From a virus, in the IMG/VR virus record IMGVR_UViG_3300048592_001371, positions 1 through 64,000 of that record: DNA of 64,000 nt; one strand, given 5' to 3'. The translations under genes were made by a program, and so were the position numbers. Under the pieces are notes generated by a model. The model was given only the letters and a program-made list of their open reading frames with translations, was not told the DNA's origin and searched no databases. Position 1 is the stretch's first letter; every line of letters begins with the position of its first letter. Of this stretch, positions 19,294 to 30,379 are shown in pieces.

Positions 19294-19689
19294 ATGGCCT
19301 CTATCAGTCCTAACGCAATCTGGCTGGACATCAACCTAAACTACGGGGTGGATATCTACCCAGAACTCGTCTCGGACTTGCGTGCCATCAACAACAGTCT
19401 GCAGGCTATCTTCACTACGATGGTAGGTACTCGTCCTTTCCTGAGAGAGTACGGGAGCTATCTGCCACACTTCCTGTTCCAACCCATCGACAGAATCACG
19501 GAAGACCAGATCAAGGTTAGCCTGATCGAATCGGTCAAGCGTTGGGAACCGCGCATCAAGCCGCTCTTCGACCAGACTCTAGTAGAGGCGCTTCCTGAAG
19601 AAGCCGCCTACAACATTCGATTCTCATACATTGTCCCATCCCTGCAAAGACAAGCGTCTTTCCAGTTCGTAGCTAGGAGATTGTCGTGA
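19294..19689 (+). CDS. baseplate wedge/sheath initiator (gp25-like)
   Basis: T..GTRPF..EYGS...LFQP...RWEPRI. Confidence 0.9.
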   Translation: MASISPNAIWLDINLNYGVDIYPELVSDLRAINNSLQAIFTTMVGTRPFLREYGSYLPHFLFQPIDRITEDQIKVSLIESVKRWEPRIKPLFDQTLVEALPEEAAYNIRFSYIVPSLQRQASFQFVARRLS

Positions 19690-21419
19690 CCACAGTAACC
19701 CTCAGCCGCGTTCACCCAGACTACGCCCAAGTCAAGGCCCAGCTGCAGCTGGCACTACAGAACAAGGACACGTGGCAGGATTTGCTCGATACCGCCACCG
19801 GCGATGCCATCATTAGCTTCATTGCTGGTGTAGGGGACTACGACCAGTTCAGCATCGAGCAAGGTTTCAAGGAAGGCTTCTTCGACACCGCGCGCAAGGA
19901 CAGCAGTATCTATGCCGGATCCCGTCACTTGGGTGTACGACTGTCGCGCAAGCTTCCCGCCTCGCTTACTGTCACACTTACCCGTCCTACACCCTGGACA
20001 GCTACTTACGCAATTCCGGCGCTGGAAGCTTTCAACATCCAAGGCGCACAGTTGTTCAACCGAGACCCTATAGTCTTCGGCGTAGGCGTCGGGTCGGTCC
20101 CGGTCCAACTTCACGAAGGTTACGTCATCAGCTCAGCTCGTCTGAGCGATGGCAGTGATTTCCAAATGTTCCTGTCGCCGGAAACGTCGTTCAACGTCTC
20201 CGACGAGGACGTAATCGTGTCTGTCGGCTCCTTGACAGTAGAGGTTCTGAAACAGGGTTTGTGGCACGCTAAGAACCTCGAAGGTGTTCAAGACACTACT
20301 TGGCCAGACGGAAGGCTGCTCCTGACATTCGGCAACGACATCTACGGCACAAAGCCCGCGACAAACGACACAGTAACGATTCAGTATGCGATCACTCAGG
20401 GTGTGAATGGGAACAACGCGGCCCTGGCAGGAAAGACGATTACGTATTCGGCTGATCCCGATGTTCAAGGGCCGGCTACTACAGGGTTGGCCAACGGCTC
20501 CGACGAGAAGCCTACCATCTTCTACAAGAAGTTTAGCCCACTTCTGTTTGCTGCAGACGGTGGTGCTACCAAGGAAGAGGAGTGGCGCGCCGTGGCTGTT
20601 CAATACCCCGGTGTGTATGATGCAGAAGTGATCGGCCAGCACAAGCTGTCACCTTCCGATTTGCGCTACATGAACCTCACCCGCGTATCCCTACTTACGG
20701 ATACTCCCATGAGTGCTTTGCAATGGGACGAGTTTTCCGAGTGGTACAAACAGCGCATCATGTTCCCGGTTCGTTTCTACCGTGAAGACCCGGTTCCGGC
20801 AATAGTGAATATCGAGGCAGACATCTACTGTACGAACCAAGCCGATCTGACGGAAGTTCAACTACTGGCCATAGACGCAGTACAAGAGCTGTTCGTGCCG
20901 CGTCCCGGTATCCTCGGTGCCAATCTGTACATCTCGGATATCATCACCGCTATCAAGAACAGCCACTCGACAATCGACTATGTGAACTTGCGTCTGCCGA
21001 CGACGAACATTTACACCCATTTCGACCCAGCTCCGCAGATGGATATTTCGATTCCCATCACCGGAGTTGGTTTGGCACCGGGACATTATTCATACTCGTT
21101 AGTGTATATCACTCCGATCGGAGAAACACTTGCCAGTAATTTCAAGTCAACGGACGTAACGGTTGGAATGGTCTCAGGTACCATCCAATTGGACTGGGAA
21201 CTGATTCCCGGCGTCCTAGGCTACAAAATCTACGGACGCACGTATCCTGGATCAATTGGTCTGCTTGCAACTCTTGGGCCGACAGTAGATACGTGGCAAG
21301 ACGATGGCACCGCCGTGACCGGCACAGCTCCTCCAACGGTAGAATCGATCGGAGTCCATTACGTAGAACTAGGGACGTTGGCACTGAACATGGATTACGC
21401 AGATAGGTTGCTGACATGA
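19686..21419 (+). CDS. baseplate wedge protein (gp6/J-like) with C-terminal FN3-like domain
   Basis: EGFFDTARKDSSI, FGNDIYG, GVNGN, NGSDE motifs. Confidence 0.85.
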   Translation: MTTVTLSRVHPDYAQVKAQLQLALQNKDTWQDLLDTATGDAIISFIAGVGDYDQFSIEQGFKEGFFDTARKDSSIYAGSRHLGVRLSRKLPASLTVTLTRPTPWTATYAIPALEAFNIQGAQLFNRDPIVFGVGVGSVPVQLHEGYVISSARLSDGSDFQMFLSPETSFNVSDEDVIVSVGSLTVEVLKQGLWHAKNLEGVQDTTWPDGRLLLTFGNDIYGTKPATNDTVTIQYAITQGVNGNNAALAGKTITYSADPDVQGPATTGLANGSDEKPTIFYKKFSPLLFAADGGATKEEEWRAVAVQYPGVYDAEVIGQHKLSPSDLRYMNLTRVSLLTDTPMSALQWDEFSEWYKQRIMFPVRFYREDPVPAIVNIEADIYCTNQADLTEVQLLAIDAVQELFVPRPGILGANLYISDIITAIKNSHSTIDYVNLRLPTTNIYTHFDPAPQMDISIPITGVGLAPGHYSYSLVYITPIGETLASNFKSTDVTVGMVSGTIQLDWELIPGVLGYKIYGRTYPGSIGLLATLGPTVDTWQDDGTAVTGTAPPTVESIGVHYVELGTLALNMDYADRLLT

Positions 21420-22090
21420 CAAAACGCCAGATACTGATGCCGCCGGCGCAAGGACAGAATCAACTGTACCTTGATCTGGCGGATGCAACCGACGAAGCGT
21501 TTGACGTTCTAGGGATCGATCTCAACATCGAAGCTCTTCGTACTTTGCGACAGCCGTTCACTATCAGCGACATGGTAGTATCTGAGGCAGAAGAGCAGGG
21601 AAAATTGGTCTCGCTGTCACAAGTTACAACGCAGGATCTGGAAACATTGATTCTGTCGGCGAACATGTTGGGCTTTCGTTTCCGGCAATCGGACATCTTC
21701 ACCCAGGAAGACTTCCTGCGGCTCGTTACCTATCTAGGCGAATACTATCACGCGGATAAGGGAACTCAGAGCTGGGAAGACTTCTTGGGTTTTGCGCTTA
21801 ATGCGGAATTCAGAGTGCTAAACACGTGGACAGAAGACTACGTCCATTTCTACACCGAAGGGGATCCCGCGATAGGAACGCCGATTCACGATGGCGGCAC
21901 GTGGTATCCAACAACTCACGTCGTTCTTGAATACGACATTACTCGATTCGCGGGACAATCAGCGTCGGTGGTAGAGTTCTTCTACTACTTTGCGAACATC
22001 AATCTGGTCCTTTGGGCGATTCGCCTCACGCAGACGGCTAAGATGAGCCTGAACGTAGCATTACACGGAAAAATGACTGTCGTCTATTAA
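21416..22090 (+). CDS. baseplate wedge protein (gp7/I-like)
   Basis: ANMLGF...YY..KGT pattern; follows the J-like gene. Confidence 0.6.
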   Translation: MTKRQILMPPAQGQNQLYLDLADATDEAFDVLGIDLNIEALRTLRQPFTISDMVVSEAEEQGKLVSLSQVTTQDLETLILSANMLGFRFRQSDIFTQEDFLRLVTYLGEYYHADKGTQSWEDFLGFALNAEFRVLNTWTEDYVHFYTEGDPAIGTPIHDGGTWYPTTHVVLEYDITRFAGQSASVVEFFYYFANINLVLWAIRLTQTAKMSLNVALHGKMTVVY

Positions 22091-22105
22091 TGTTTAGGAG
22101 CTAGC

Positions 22106-23641
22106 ATGTCCTCGATTACCTTCACGAATACCGTAACGCACATTCCGGCGGACTGGGCCAATGACGCAGACGCTCTCATCTATGACATCTTCGGTGGCGC
22201 GCAGACCGTAGTGGCGGCTCGATCGGCCCTGGGTATTGGAAGCATGGCGTTGCAGAACGCCACTGCTGTGTCCATCGCCGGTGGCGCTATCGACAACGTC
22301 AACATCGGTCAAACAACTCCTGCCAATGCGAAATTCAGCAACGCCGAGGTCATCAACGTCGGCGGAGGGGCTCAGGCTGTCCCGAACAAGGGTTATGTCG
22401 ACGCGGGCCTGTCGGGAATCTCCTCTTCACTCGGAACAATGGCGGCGCAGAACTCGAACAGCGTCGTGGTGACTGGTGGTACGATCAATGGAGCCACTAT
22501 CGGCGCAACGGTGCCAACGACCGGTGCCTTCACCAGTCTGGTTGCAACGGCTGTCCCAGCAAATCCAACCGACGTCGTGAACAAGAGCTTCCTGGATGCA
22601 CAATGGGCCACGCTGCCTGTCTTCGGCAACATAGTGACGCAGAACTCGGGAAGTATCTCTCTGACCGGTGGTACGATCAATAGCGTGGTGATTGGTGGTG
22701 TGACGCCGGCTGCGGGTTCCTTTACCGCCGTGGTTGGGCAGACGTACAATGGCCAGCACGGTACTATCGAGCTGGATGCAACAACCGCTCTGAATTCAGG
22801 TGTGTATCTGGAATCGGCCGTTGCCAAACCGGACATTACCGCTCAGCTCGGCTCCGGTGGCTACTTCGACATACTCGACAGTCTGCAACAACCCGTGGCA
22901 CGCTTCGTAGAAGCTACCCGAGCTTTGGTCGTAGGCCCGACTGTGGACAACGGAGTCGACATTCTGCAAGTGGGTGGTTCCATTACCGGCACGATCATCA
23001 AGCTGTCCGGCGCCATCACTCTTGCCAATCAGGGTGCCACGAAACAATACGTGGATACGCAGATCGCTACCGTCCCGGGATTGATTGCTGCGGACATTGC
23101 TTCCTTTGCGGCCACGCTGGGTACAATGGCGGTACAGGACGCAAACAACGTCGCGATCACAGGTGGTGCGATGGACGGTGTGGTCATCGGAGCCAGCGTT
23201 CCTCAGCAAGCTACGTTCACAACGGTGAACGCTATCCAACTGACAGACGCGACCAGTTCATTGGTTACTCTGAACGGCTCCGGCTCGGTGATCGTCGGTT
23301 GTGGATTGATGCTGAAAGCAACTACGGGTATCAAGCCGAACGTGGTTGTCGAGCCAGGCGTAGCAGGAGCCTTTGTTGTCAAGGGTGGCTTGACTCCGGC
23401 CATGCAGGTTCAAGACACGGGTCGTACCTTGCTGAACCAGACGGGAGACGATGGCTCGTCCATTCTGCAGATGACAGGCAATCTGAACATTATCGGCGAG
23501 ATCGTGTTCAACGGCCCGACAGCTTCCGGTGCGCAGACAGCGAACCTGGGTACTACGGGCCCAATGACGACGTTGACCCCGACCTGGATACGTTGCAAGA
23601 TCGGCGGTGTTTCCGGAGTGATCCCGTTCTGGCCGCTGTAA
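22106..23641 (+). CDS. tail fibre protein 1
   Basis: Shared N-terminal anchor module; repeated GTMAxQN..V.ITGG.I units. Confidence 0.75.
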   Translation: MSSITFTNTVTHIPADWANDADALIYDIFGGAQTVVAARSALGIGSMALQNATAVSIAGGAIDNVNIGQTTPANAKFSNAEVINVGGGAQAVPNKGYVDAGLSGISSSLGTMAAQNSNSVVVTGGTINGATIGATVPTTGAFTSLVATAVPANPTDVVNKSFLDAQWATLPVFGNIVTQNSGSISLTGGTINSVVIGGVTPAAGSFTAVVGQTYNGQHGTIELDATTALNSGVYLESAVAKPDITAQLGSGGYFDILDSLQQPVARFVEATRALVVGPTVDNGVDILQVGGSITGTIIKLSGAITLANQGATKQYVDTQIATVPGLIAADIASFAATLGTMAVQDANNVAITGGAMDGVVIGASVPQQATFTTVNAIQLTDATSSLVTLNGSGSVIVGCGLMLKATTGIKPNVVVEPGVAGAFVVKGGLTPAMQVQDTGRTLLNQTGDDGSSILQMTGNLNIIGEIVFNGPTASGAQTANLGTTGPMTTLTPTWIRCKIGGVSGVIPFWPL

Positions 23642-23658
23642 TACAATAAGGAGTTAGA

Positions 23659-25665
23659 ATGTCCTCTCTTCACTTCACGGACACCGTAACCCATGTGCCA
23701 GCCCATTGGGCGAATGACGTAGATTCCCTCGTCTACGACATATTCGACGGAGCCCAGACGAAACTCCAGGCTCGAATGGCTATGGGGTTTGGTACTCTCG
23801 TCTATCAGAACGCAAACCAAGTTCAGATAGCCGGTGGTACTATCGACAACACCGTGATCGGTTTTGCACACCCAGCCGCCGCCAAGTTCACGGACGCCAT
23901 CATCGAGCACGCTCCGTATCAGCAGTATCACGTCACGAACAAGAAGTACGTCGATGGCAAATTCGACATGCTCGTCGACATGATAAACGTGGCTAGCGGC
24001 AATCGCTACGTTGCAATGGTTGTAGACGGCACACCTGTTCCAGCAATCTCTGGATTCGACGCCTTCTCGTTTGTCGCAGGTGCGAACATTGTTCTGACTC
24101 CTCAGGTCGGAACACGCACTATGACGATTGCTGCGTCCATTCCTCCACCCTCGAATGACTACTCCATCCTCGACGTAGACGGGACACCTGTCCCGGCCCT
24201 GTCTGTGGGCGATACATTCTCGCTCGTAGCCGGCACAAATATCACGCTTACACCGAACGTAGGTGGCCGCTCCGTGACCATCGACGCAAGCGGTGGGGGT
24301 GGTGGGGGCAATGTCGTTACCAATTCTCAACTCGTCAATGCTTCCGGTGCCTGGGCGGCCGAATGGGCTGATTCCGAAGAGGTTGCTGCGTCCAGTCTTT
24401 GGACAGGTAATACCAGTCTCATCTTCGGTCGTGATAATGGAGGCAATCCCGATGTGTCTCCTTTGCGTGACACGGACGGCATCATCGAACTGCAATGGGG
24501 CGCGTACGACGCGACGCATACAGTACGTTCTCCGCTAGGTACGATCCTGGGCAGTTCGAGTTGCTATATTGGTGATGGCACTGGTTCTGTACTCAGCCAA
24601 GAGTACAACATGATTCTGGCGTCGAGTGATAGCGGAATCAGCCGAAACTGCACCTACTGCTCCATCGTCAATGGAGATACGGTCTCCTTGCTGAATGCAG
24701 ACGGGGCCATGAAAGGACACGTCTTCATAGCGTCGGCAGAAACATCGGAGATTGCCAACCTGAACCGGGGTTTCTTTGGATCGATACGCGACGTTATTGT
24801 AGGAACAACGACTACCAATTGCGAATCGATCTTTGTTGGATGTGCCTTCGGTGTCAGCATAGGCGATACAGGTGGCGACTGCACAAATATCGCCTTAGTC
24901 GTTGGAAACAGCAACACGATTACAGACGCTTCCAATGTAGGGATACTTTTCGGTAACTACAACACGATCACTACTTCAGCCGGCGTAGGTATTTTGGCCG
25001 GGGAATCCAATACCGTCGCGGATAACAACAGGAGCGCAATCGTGGCGGGTTGGGACAATACGTTCGAGATCCAACGTTCGGTATTGGTGAATGCACAGTA
25101 TTCGGACTTTGACATCGATCCAACAAACCCGGACATCATCAGAACAACGGTGTTGATGGGGATACACAACCGGCAACGTGTGTCCAATTCGGTTCAGATT
25201 GGTAGCGACTTCGCCGAAGGTATTAACGCAGACCATCCGTTCAAAACAGCGCAAGCGATTACTTTTGTAGCAGGAGCAATCACAGATTCCAGTTCGGCTG
25301 TTTTGAATTCACGAGGACCCGACTACGATGGAGTACAGGAGGGGGTGTATTGCTTCCCCGAAGAGAACGGCACTGCCGGATTTGAGGTGTTAGTGACAGC
25401 GTCCGATGTAGAGAACGGCTATTTTGAGGTTTGGAAAATTGTAGGTATCCTGTACAAGGATGGGTCAAATCAATTCGTATCCGCTACTATTGATGGACAA
25501 GGTGCTAATCCAAGGGGTGATTGGAGCATTACCGTCCTAGATCCAAATCTGGCTCTCTTCTTTGGAATCCATGTTGAAGTAGCGTCTTCCTCATACGGTA
25601 GAACCATATGGACGGCACACTTCAAAGTAATCGAAAACACCTGCAACATTCCTATAGGTTGGTAA
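23659..25665 (+). CDS. tail fibre/spike protein 2
   Basis: Shared anchor module; beta-helix-like NxI repeats in the C-terminal half. Confidence 0.75.
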   Translation: MSSLHFTDTVTHVPAHWANDVDSLVYDIFDGAQTKLQARMAMGFGTLVYQNANQVQIAGGTIDNTVIGFAHPAAAKFTDAIIEHAPYQQYHVTNKKYVDGKFDMLVDMINVASGNRYVAMVVDGTPVPAISGFDAFSFVAGANIVLTPQVGTRTMTIAASIPPPSNDYSILDVDGTPVPALSVGDTFSLVAGTNITLTPNVGGRSVTIDASGGGGGGNVVTNSQLVNASGAWAAEWADSEEVAASSLWTGNTSLIFGRDNGGNPDVSPLRDTDGIIELQWGAYDATHTVRSPLGTILGSSSCYIGDGTGSVLSQEYNMILASSDSGISRNCTYCSIVNGDTVSLLNADGAMKGHVFIASAETSEIANLNRGFFGSIRDVIVGTTTTNCESIFVGCAFGVSIGDTGGDCTNIALVVGNSNTITDASNVGILFGNYNTITTSAGVGILAGESNTVADNNRSAIVAGWDNTFEIQRSVLVNAQYSDFDIDPTNPDIIRTTVLMGIHNRQRVSNSVQIGSDFAEGINADHPFKTAQAITFVAGAITDSSSAVLNSRGPDYDGVQEGVYCFPEENGTAGFEVLVTASDVENGYFEVWKIVGILYKDGSNQFVSATIDGQGANPRGDWSITVLDPNLALFFGIHVEVASSSYGRTIWTAHFKVIENTCNIPIGW

Positions 25666-25674
25666 GGATAACAC

Positions 25675-26382
25675 ATGTCTTCGATCAATTTCATTGACAC
25701 AGTAACACATCTTCCTGCCGAATGGGCCAACGACGTAGATGCCTTGATCTACGATGTGTTTCAAGGTGCCCAGACGCTAGGGGAAGTAAAAGACATAATG
25801 GGCTTTGGAACGTGTGCCTACCAGGACGCGAACAATGTTCAGATCGTGGGCGGTGATATCAACGCTACGGTCATTGGTTTGACAACCCCTGCGAACGCGA
25901 AATTCGAGAACGCTTGGCTCGTTTTCGATCCTACGAATGCGAGGCACGCTGCGTCCAAGAACTATGTTGATAACTCGGTGCTGAACGCTATTCAGAACTT
26001 CTTGACCGGCGTGCAGGCCGAAGTGCCTCTTGCAGGTTTCGGCACGATAGCAACTCCGTTGCGTCTGAATGTCAACCCCGTTGCGTTGCCGGGTGTAGGC
26101 GCACGTGTTCTGGTACAGAACCCCGATGACTCGGTGGATTCAATCCCACTAGGAGCAATTGGAGGATCGAACGTTCTGTACTACCTCTACTCAGGAATAG
26201 CCAATACCGTACATCTGGTCTCGCACATGCTGGGCCAGAAATACGTCAGCGTGACCGTACTCAACGACCTCACCGATGAAGTGATGATTCCACTCTCGAT
26301 TCAATATCTCGATCAGGACTCTCTCTACATCACATTTACGAACCCGACGTCTTGCAAAGCGATCATTATGGGAGCTCCGTGA
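25675..26382 (+). CDS. short tail fibre protein 3
   Basis: Shared anchor; C-terminal HxLGQKY..VTV domain. Confidence 0.7.
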   Translation: MSSINFIDTVTHLPAEWANDVDALIYDVFQGAQTLGEVKDIMGFGTCAYQDANNVQIVGGDINATVIGLTTPANAKFENAWLVFDPTNARHAASKNYVDNSVLNAIQNFLTGVQAEVPLAGFGTIATPLRLNVNPVALPGVGARVLVQNPDDSVDSIPLGAIGGSNVLYYLYSGIANTVHLVSHMLGQKYVSVTVLNDLTDEVMIPLSIQYLDQDSLYITFTNPTSCKAIIMGAP

Positions 26383-26452
26383 CGGGAGTATTCACGCATT
26401 CTCGTTAATTTTATAGACGAAGAAGCTACTAAGGATCGGACAAGGAAAGCGG

Positions 26453-28288
26453 ATGGCCTCGATCAATTTCATTGACACAGTAACGCATCTGCCGTCTCAT
26501 TGGGCTAACGCTGTAGACGCTCTCGTCTATGACGTTTTCTCAGGAGCCGCGACACAGACCCAGGCGCGTGCTGCGCTGGGAATAGGAACTCTTGCTCTGC
26601 AAAATGCCTCAGCCGCGAACATTACCGGCGGGGTAATCAACAACGTCAACATTGGTCAAGTTACGCCCTGCACAGGCAACTTCTCCATTCTGCAAGTCCA
26701 AAACGATCCGATCAACATCCTCGATGTAGCCAACAAGAAGTACGTCGATAACACCTTCCTGGCTGTTCAGCCGATCATCACCCAGGCCCTGTTGCATTTC
26801 GGGGACAACAACATCCACGTAACCTCTGCGCAGAAGACGATGCTCAACGGCCTCATAGTAGGCTCGGTTGAGATCAACATGCTGCAGGGTGTTAGTGGAA
26901 ATGTCCAATCCCAGATAGATTCGCTGGTTGCTCTACAGCCGCTGTACGTAGAGGTAGCCGGCGATGTGATGTCGGGTGATTTGCACATCCAGAAAACCAG
27001 CCCGGTATTCTGTCTGAAGAATACGATCGCTGGAACGGTTCAGTGTTTGACGCTTCGAGTCGATGGCGGAACAGAATACTTCTACGTCGGGTACAACGGT
27101 GGCCCACCTAACGCTACCGATCCGGTGACATTGATCGGAGCCTACGCAACGCGGGTTGTAATCGGCGGATACACGGAAGATGACGGAGTAACGGATTTCC
27201 AGATTCACCGAGATACGCTGCTGGATGGTAATCTGACATTCACGGCAGCAAAGACAATTGACTTGGTATCCTCTTCGAGAATCGTCAATTCGCCCAATCC
27301 TGTGAACCCGTTCGACGTGGCAACAAAGGACTACGTCGATACCGTTTCGTATTTAGGACCAGCCGCAGCACCTGTACAGGACGCAATGGATCTGGTCAAC
27401 GTGCCCCAAGCGCAGACAGCGGATAAGCAGATGCGCTTGGCTGAGAACCAAGGAAGCATCTACCGTTACGACGCACAAGCAATCGATCCTCCGGTGGGTA
27501 CTGACGTTATTCAGCCAGCGTTTGGAATAGGACGTTGGTTCAAGATGTCGACGTCGATTCCCTCGCATAATGGACTGACAGGGTTGCAAGGTGGCGTCTC
27601 TGGAGAAATGTTCCACTTCGACAACGCGGAACACACCTATCTGTCGACGCTGGTTTCGCAAGCTGTTCCCGTAGGTTACTTCTCCGGCATTACGTCAAAC
27701 ATTCAAACGCAGCTTGACGGAAAACTGGACACAGGGGATTTCGGAGCTGCTAGCGCGGGTGATTACTTGTTCTTCAACGGCACGAACTGGATTGCCAATT
27801 CCGTCATCCAGAACGTTGGCGGTGGCACGATCATTATCGATCCAGTCGAGTTCATCGTCAAGCAAGGGTCGAACAAGATATATCTGGACAGCACGAGCCA
27901 ATTGCGTTTGGACTGCGACGGTGCAATTCCCTTCCGGTTGAATGCCGCGGGCAGCGAAAGATTGCGTATCAGCTCGACGGGCGCCTGGGGCCTAGGTGGT
28001 GCCAACTTTGGCAACCTCGGCCAAGTAATGACTTCGAATGGAGTAGGCTCTCCGCCGACGTGGCAGAACGCGGGTACAGCAACGCTGGCGTATGAACATG
28101 TCCAGGCAGTTGCAGCTACCTCGTGGGTATTGAGCCACGGTTACGGAACAGAAAAACACGTCATTTCGATCTACGACAGCACGGGTAACGCCATGATCCC
28201 GCAAAACGTGCAGATCACAGACGCAAACACTTTAAACATTACGTTCTCCTCTGCGCAAGCCGGAAGAGCATTCGTAGTATTCTTCTAA
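26453..28288 (+). CDS. tail fibre protein 4
   Basis: Shared anchor; ATKDYVD motifs; related C-terminal domain. Confidence 0.75.
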   Translation: MASINFIDTVTHLPSHWANAVDALVYDVFSGAATQTQARAALGIGTLALQNASAANITGGVINNVNIGQVTPCTGNFSILQVQNDPINILDVANKKYVDNTFLAVQPIITQALLHFGDNNIHVTSAQKTMLNGLIVGSVEINMLQGVSGNVQSQIDSLVALQPLYVEVAGDVMSGDLHIQKTSPVFCLKNTIAGTVQCLTLRVDGGTEYFYVGYNGGPPNATDPVTLIGAYATRVVIGGYTEDDGVTDFQIHRDTLLDGNLTFTAAKTIDLVSSSRIVNSPNPVNPFDVATKDYVDTVSYLGPAAAPVQDAMDLVNVPQAQTADKQMRLAENQGSIYRYDAQAIDPPVGTDVIQPAFGIGRWFKMSTSIPSHNGLTGLQGGVSGEMFHFDNAEHTYLSTLVSQAVPVGYFSGITSNIQTQLDGKLDTGDFGAASAGDYLFFNGTNWIANSVIQNVGGGTIIIDPVEFIVKQGSNKIYLDSTSQLRLDCDGAIPFRLNAAGSERLRISSTGAWGLGGANFGNLGQVMTSNGVGSPPTWQNAGTATLAYEHVQAVAATSWVLSHGYGTEKHVISIYDSTGNAMIPQNVQITDANTLNITFSSAQAGRAFVVFF

Positions 28289-28336
28289 GTCGCCTCTTTG
28301 GCAGCATACCGACTCTAATCCTTCTGGAGAAAACAC

Positions 28337-30367
28337 ATGCGTATCATAGGTAATATCGTACTGCCAACAGATGGCTCGGCAGAGATTCAGAATCTGATCA
28401 TCGAACGTCGGGTATCGAACCCGTCGTTCAATGCGGCAGAAGAAGGCCGTGCCATATACAACACCACAAGCAAGGTGGTGTCCTTCAACAACGGAACATC
28501 GTATGTCGATCTGGCGGCGGCCGGTGCGGTTCAGACCGAGATCGATGCAATCGAAACATCGCTGGGTACTGGCGTCAACGCCAGCGGCGTGTTTGTTTCC
28601 GGTTCGTTTGTTGGTGCCGCCTTCGGCGTTGCCCCGACAGACTTTACCGATGCGATCAACAAGGTTGCGGCCTACGCCGGTTTGCACGACACCCTGTCCG
28701 AGCTGGACGACGTCAATCTTACCGGCCTCGCCGACAAGAACCTGCTGTACTACGACAACGGTACAAGCGAGTGGAAGAACGGTGCCGCCGGTGCGACAAC
28801 GGGCGTGCAGGCCTATGACGCAGATCTGACCACAATGGCTGGTTTCGCACCGGCCGTGGACAGCTCGGAAATCACAGGCCCGATTACCCGCAACGGCTTG
28901 AACGACATCATGGTCGGCACAGGTGGAGCGGAAGGTTCGCGCTGGACACTGAAACGTGGTGCCGCGGCTCGCACTTCTCTGGGTATGGGCGACATTGCCA
29001 TTCACGATGACGCCGAGTATGTGCGTGTGGATGGTACAAACGCCCTGACGGCCAACCTGAATGCGGGTGGATTCCAAATCTCCAGTTTGGCTGCGCCGAC
29101 CGTTTCCACACATGCTGCGACCAAGGGCTATGTTGATAGCCTGATCTCCGGTCTGAAGTGGAAAGCGTCGGTTCGCGTTGCAACAACCGGTGACATCTCG
29201 CTCAGCGGCACGCAGACAATCGACGGCGTTGCAGTCATCGCTGGAGATCGTGTTTTGGTTCGCGCGCAGACTTCGGGTGGTGGCGCAGCCGATAACGGTA
29301 TCTACGTGGTTGCAGCTGGTGCTTGGTCGCGCGCCACCGACGCCGACGATGCTGCAGAAGTTGTGAATGCCTCGGTCTTCGTGGAAGAAGGCACGACCTA
29401 CGGTGACACCGGTTGGACATGTACTACGAACGCCCCGGTAGTGATCGGCACGACCAACCTCGACTTCGCTCAGTTCACCGGTGCGGCTTCTTTCACCGCC
29501 GGCATTGGCTTGTCGCAAGTTGGCAACGTCGTGAACGTGAACGTGGGTGCTGGTATCGTTGAACTGCCGTCGGACGAGATCGGTATCGATCTGTACGATG
29601 CCTCGACCGGTGCTATCATCCTGACCGCGGACGGTTCCACTCGCGGTACTGGCGCAGCAACCAAACTGCACCTGTTGCTGGATCTGGGTGGTAACGGCCG
29701 TCTGGTGCAATCGGCCAACGGCTTGAAGGTCACGACCAATACCATTACGGAGAATGAGCTGACCGCTTCGGTGGCCGGCGCAGGTCTGAGTGGTGGTAAC
29801 GGTACGGCCCTATCGGTCAATGCCGGAGCCGGACTGGGAATTTCCGGAGACGACGTCATTATTGCTACCGGCGGTGTTACGGGTGCAATGCTTGATTCGG
29901 CTATCGCGGGCGCTGGCCTGGTGTTCAACGCGAACGTCCTGGACGTGAACGTGGGTGCTGGCCTGGCAATCTCTGCCGATCAGGTGATCATCAGCACAGG
30001 TGGCGTTACCAATGCGATGCTGGCCAACTCGGCGGTGTCCTTGGGTGCCGATTCCGGTTCGGGCACTGTTTCGCTCGGTGGCACACTGACGGTGACGGGT
30101 GGCGCGGGTATTGCGTCCAGCGTATCCGGCAGCACTGTGACACTGTCCCTGGAGCAGGCTGGTCTGTACTATCTGTACTCCGGTGCCTCCTCGGTGTCGC
30201 ATACAGTGACACACAACCTGGGTCAGAAGTATTGCAACGTGACAGTGGTTGATGGCAGCGACAACGTCGTTATCCCGCTGGGTATTAGCTATGTCGACAA
30301 CAACTCGTTGACGGTTACCTTCAGCGTAGCTACAGCGTGTAAGGTGGTTGTGACTGGCGTGGCCTAA
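28337..30367 (+). CDS. tail fibre protein 5
   Basis: WKASVRVATT...LSGTQTIDGV module, AGAGL repeats, C-terminal HNLGQKY domain. Confidence 0.8.
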   Translation: MRIIGNIVLPTDGSAEIQNLIIERRVSNPSFNAAEEGRAIYNTTSKVVSFNNGTSYVDLAAAGAVQTEIDAIETSLGTGVNASGVFVSGSFVGAAFGVAPTDFTDAINKVAAYAGLHDTLSELDDVNLTGLADKNLLYYDNGTSEWKNGAAGATTGVQAYDADLTTMAGFAPAVDSSEITGPITRNGLNDIMVGTGGAEGSRWTLKRGAAARTSLGMGDIAIHDDAEYVRVDGTNALTANLNAGGFQISSLAAPTVSTHAATKGYVDSLISGLKWKASVRVATTGDISLSGTQTIDGVAVIAGDRVLVRAQTSGGGAADNGIYVVAAGAWSRATDADDAAEVVNASVFVEEGTTYGDTGWTCTTNAPVVIGTTNLDFAQFTGAASFTAGIGLSQVGNVVNVNVGAGIVELPSDEIGIDLYDASTGAIILTADGSTRGTGAATKLHLLLDLGGNGRLVQSANGLKVTTNTITENELTASVAGAGLSGGNGTALSVNAGAGLGISGDDVIIATGGVTGAMLDSAIAGAGLVFNANVLDVNVGAGLAISADQVIISTGGVTNAMLANSAVSLGADSGSGTVSLGGTLTVTGGAGIASSVSGSTVTLSLEQAGLYYLYSGASSVSHTVTHNLGQKYCNVTVVDGSDNVVIPLGISYVDNNSLTVTFSVATACKVVVTGVA

Positions 30368-30379
30368 TAGGGAGTAAGA

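Noticed and set aside
28232-29710. 492-aa minus-strand ORF (also 9746-10798, 23410-24519 and similar)
   Set aside because: Shadow frames of high-GC3 structural genes on the plus strand
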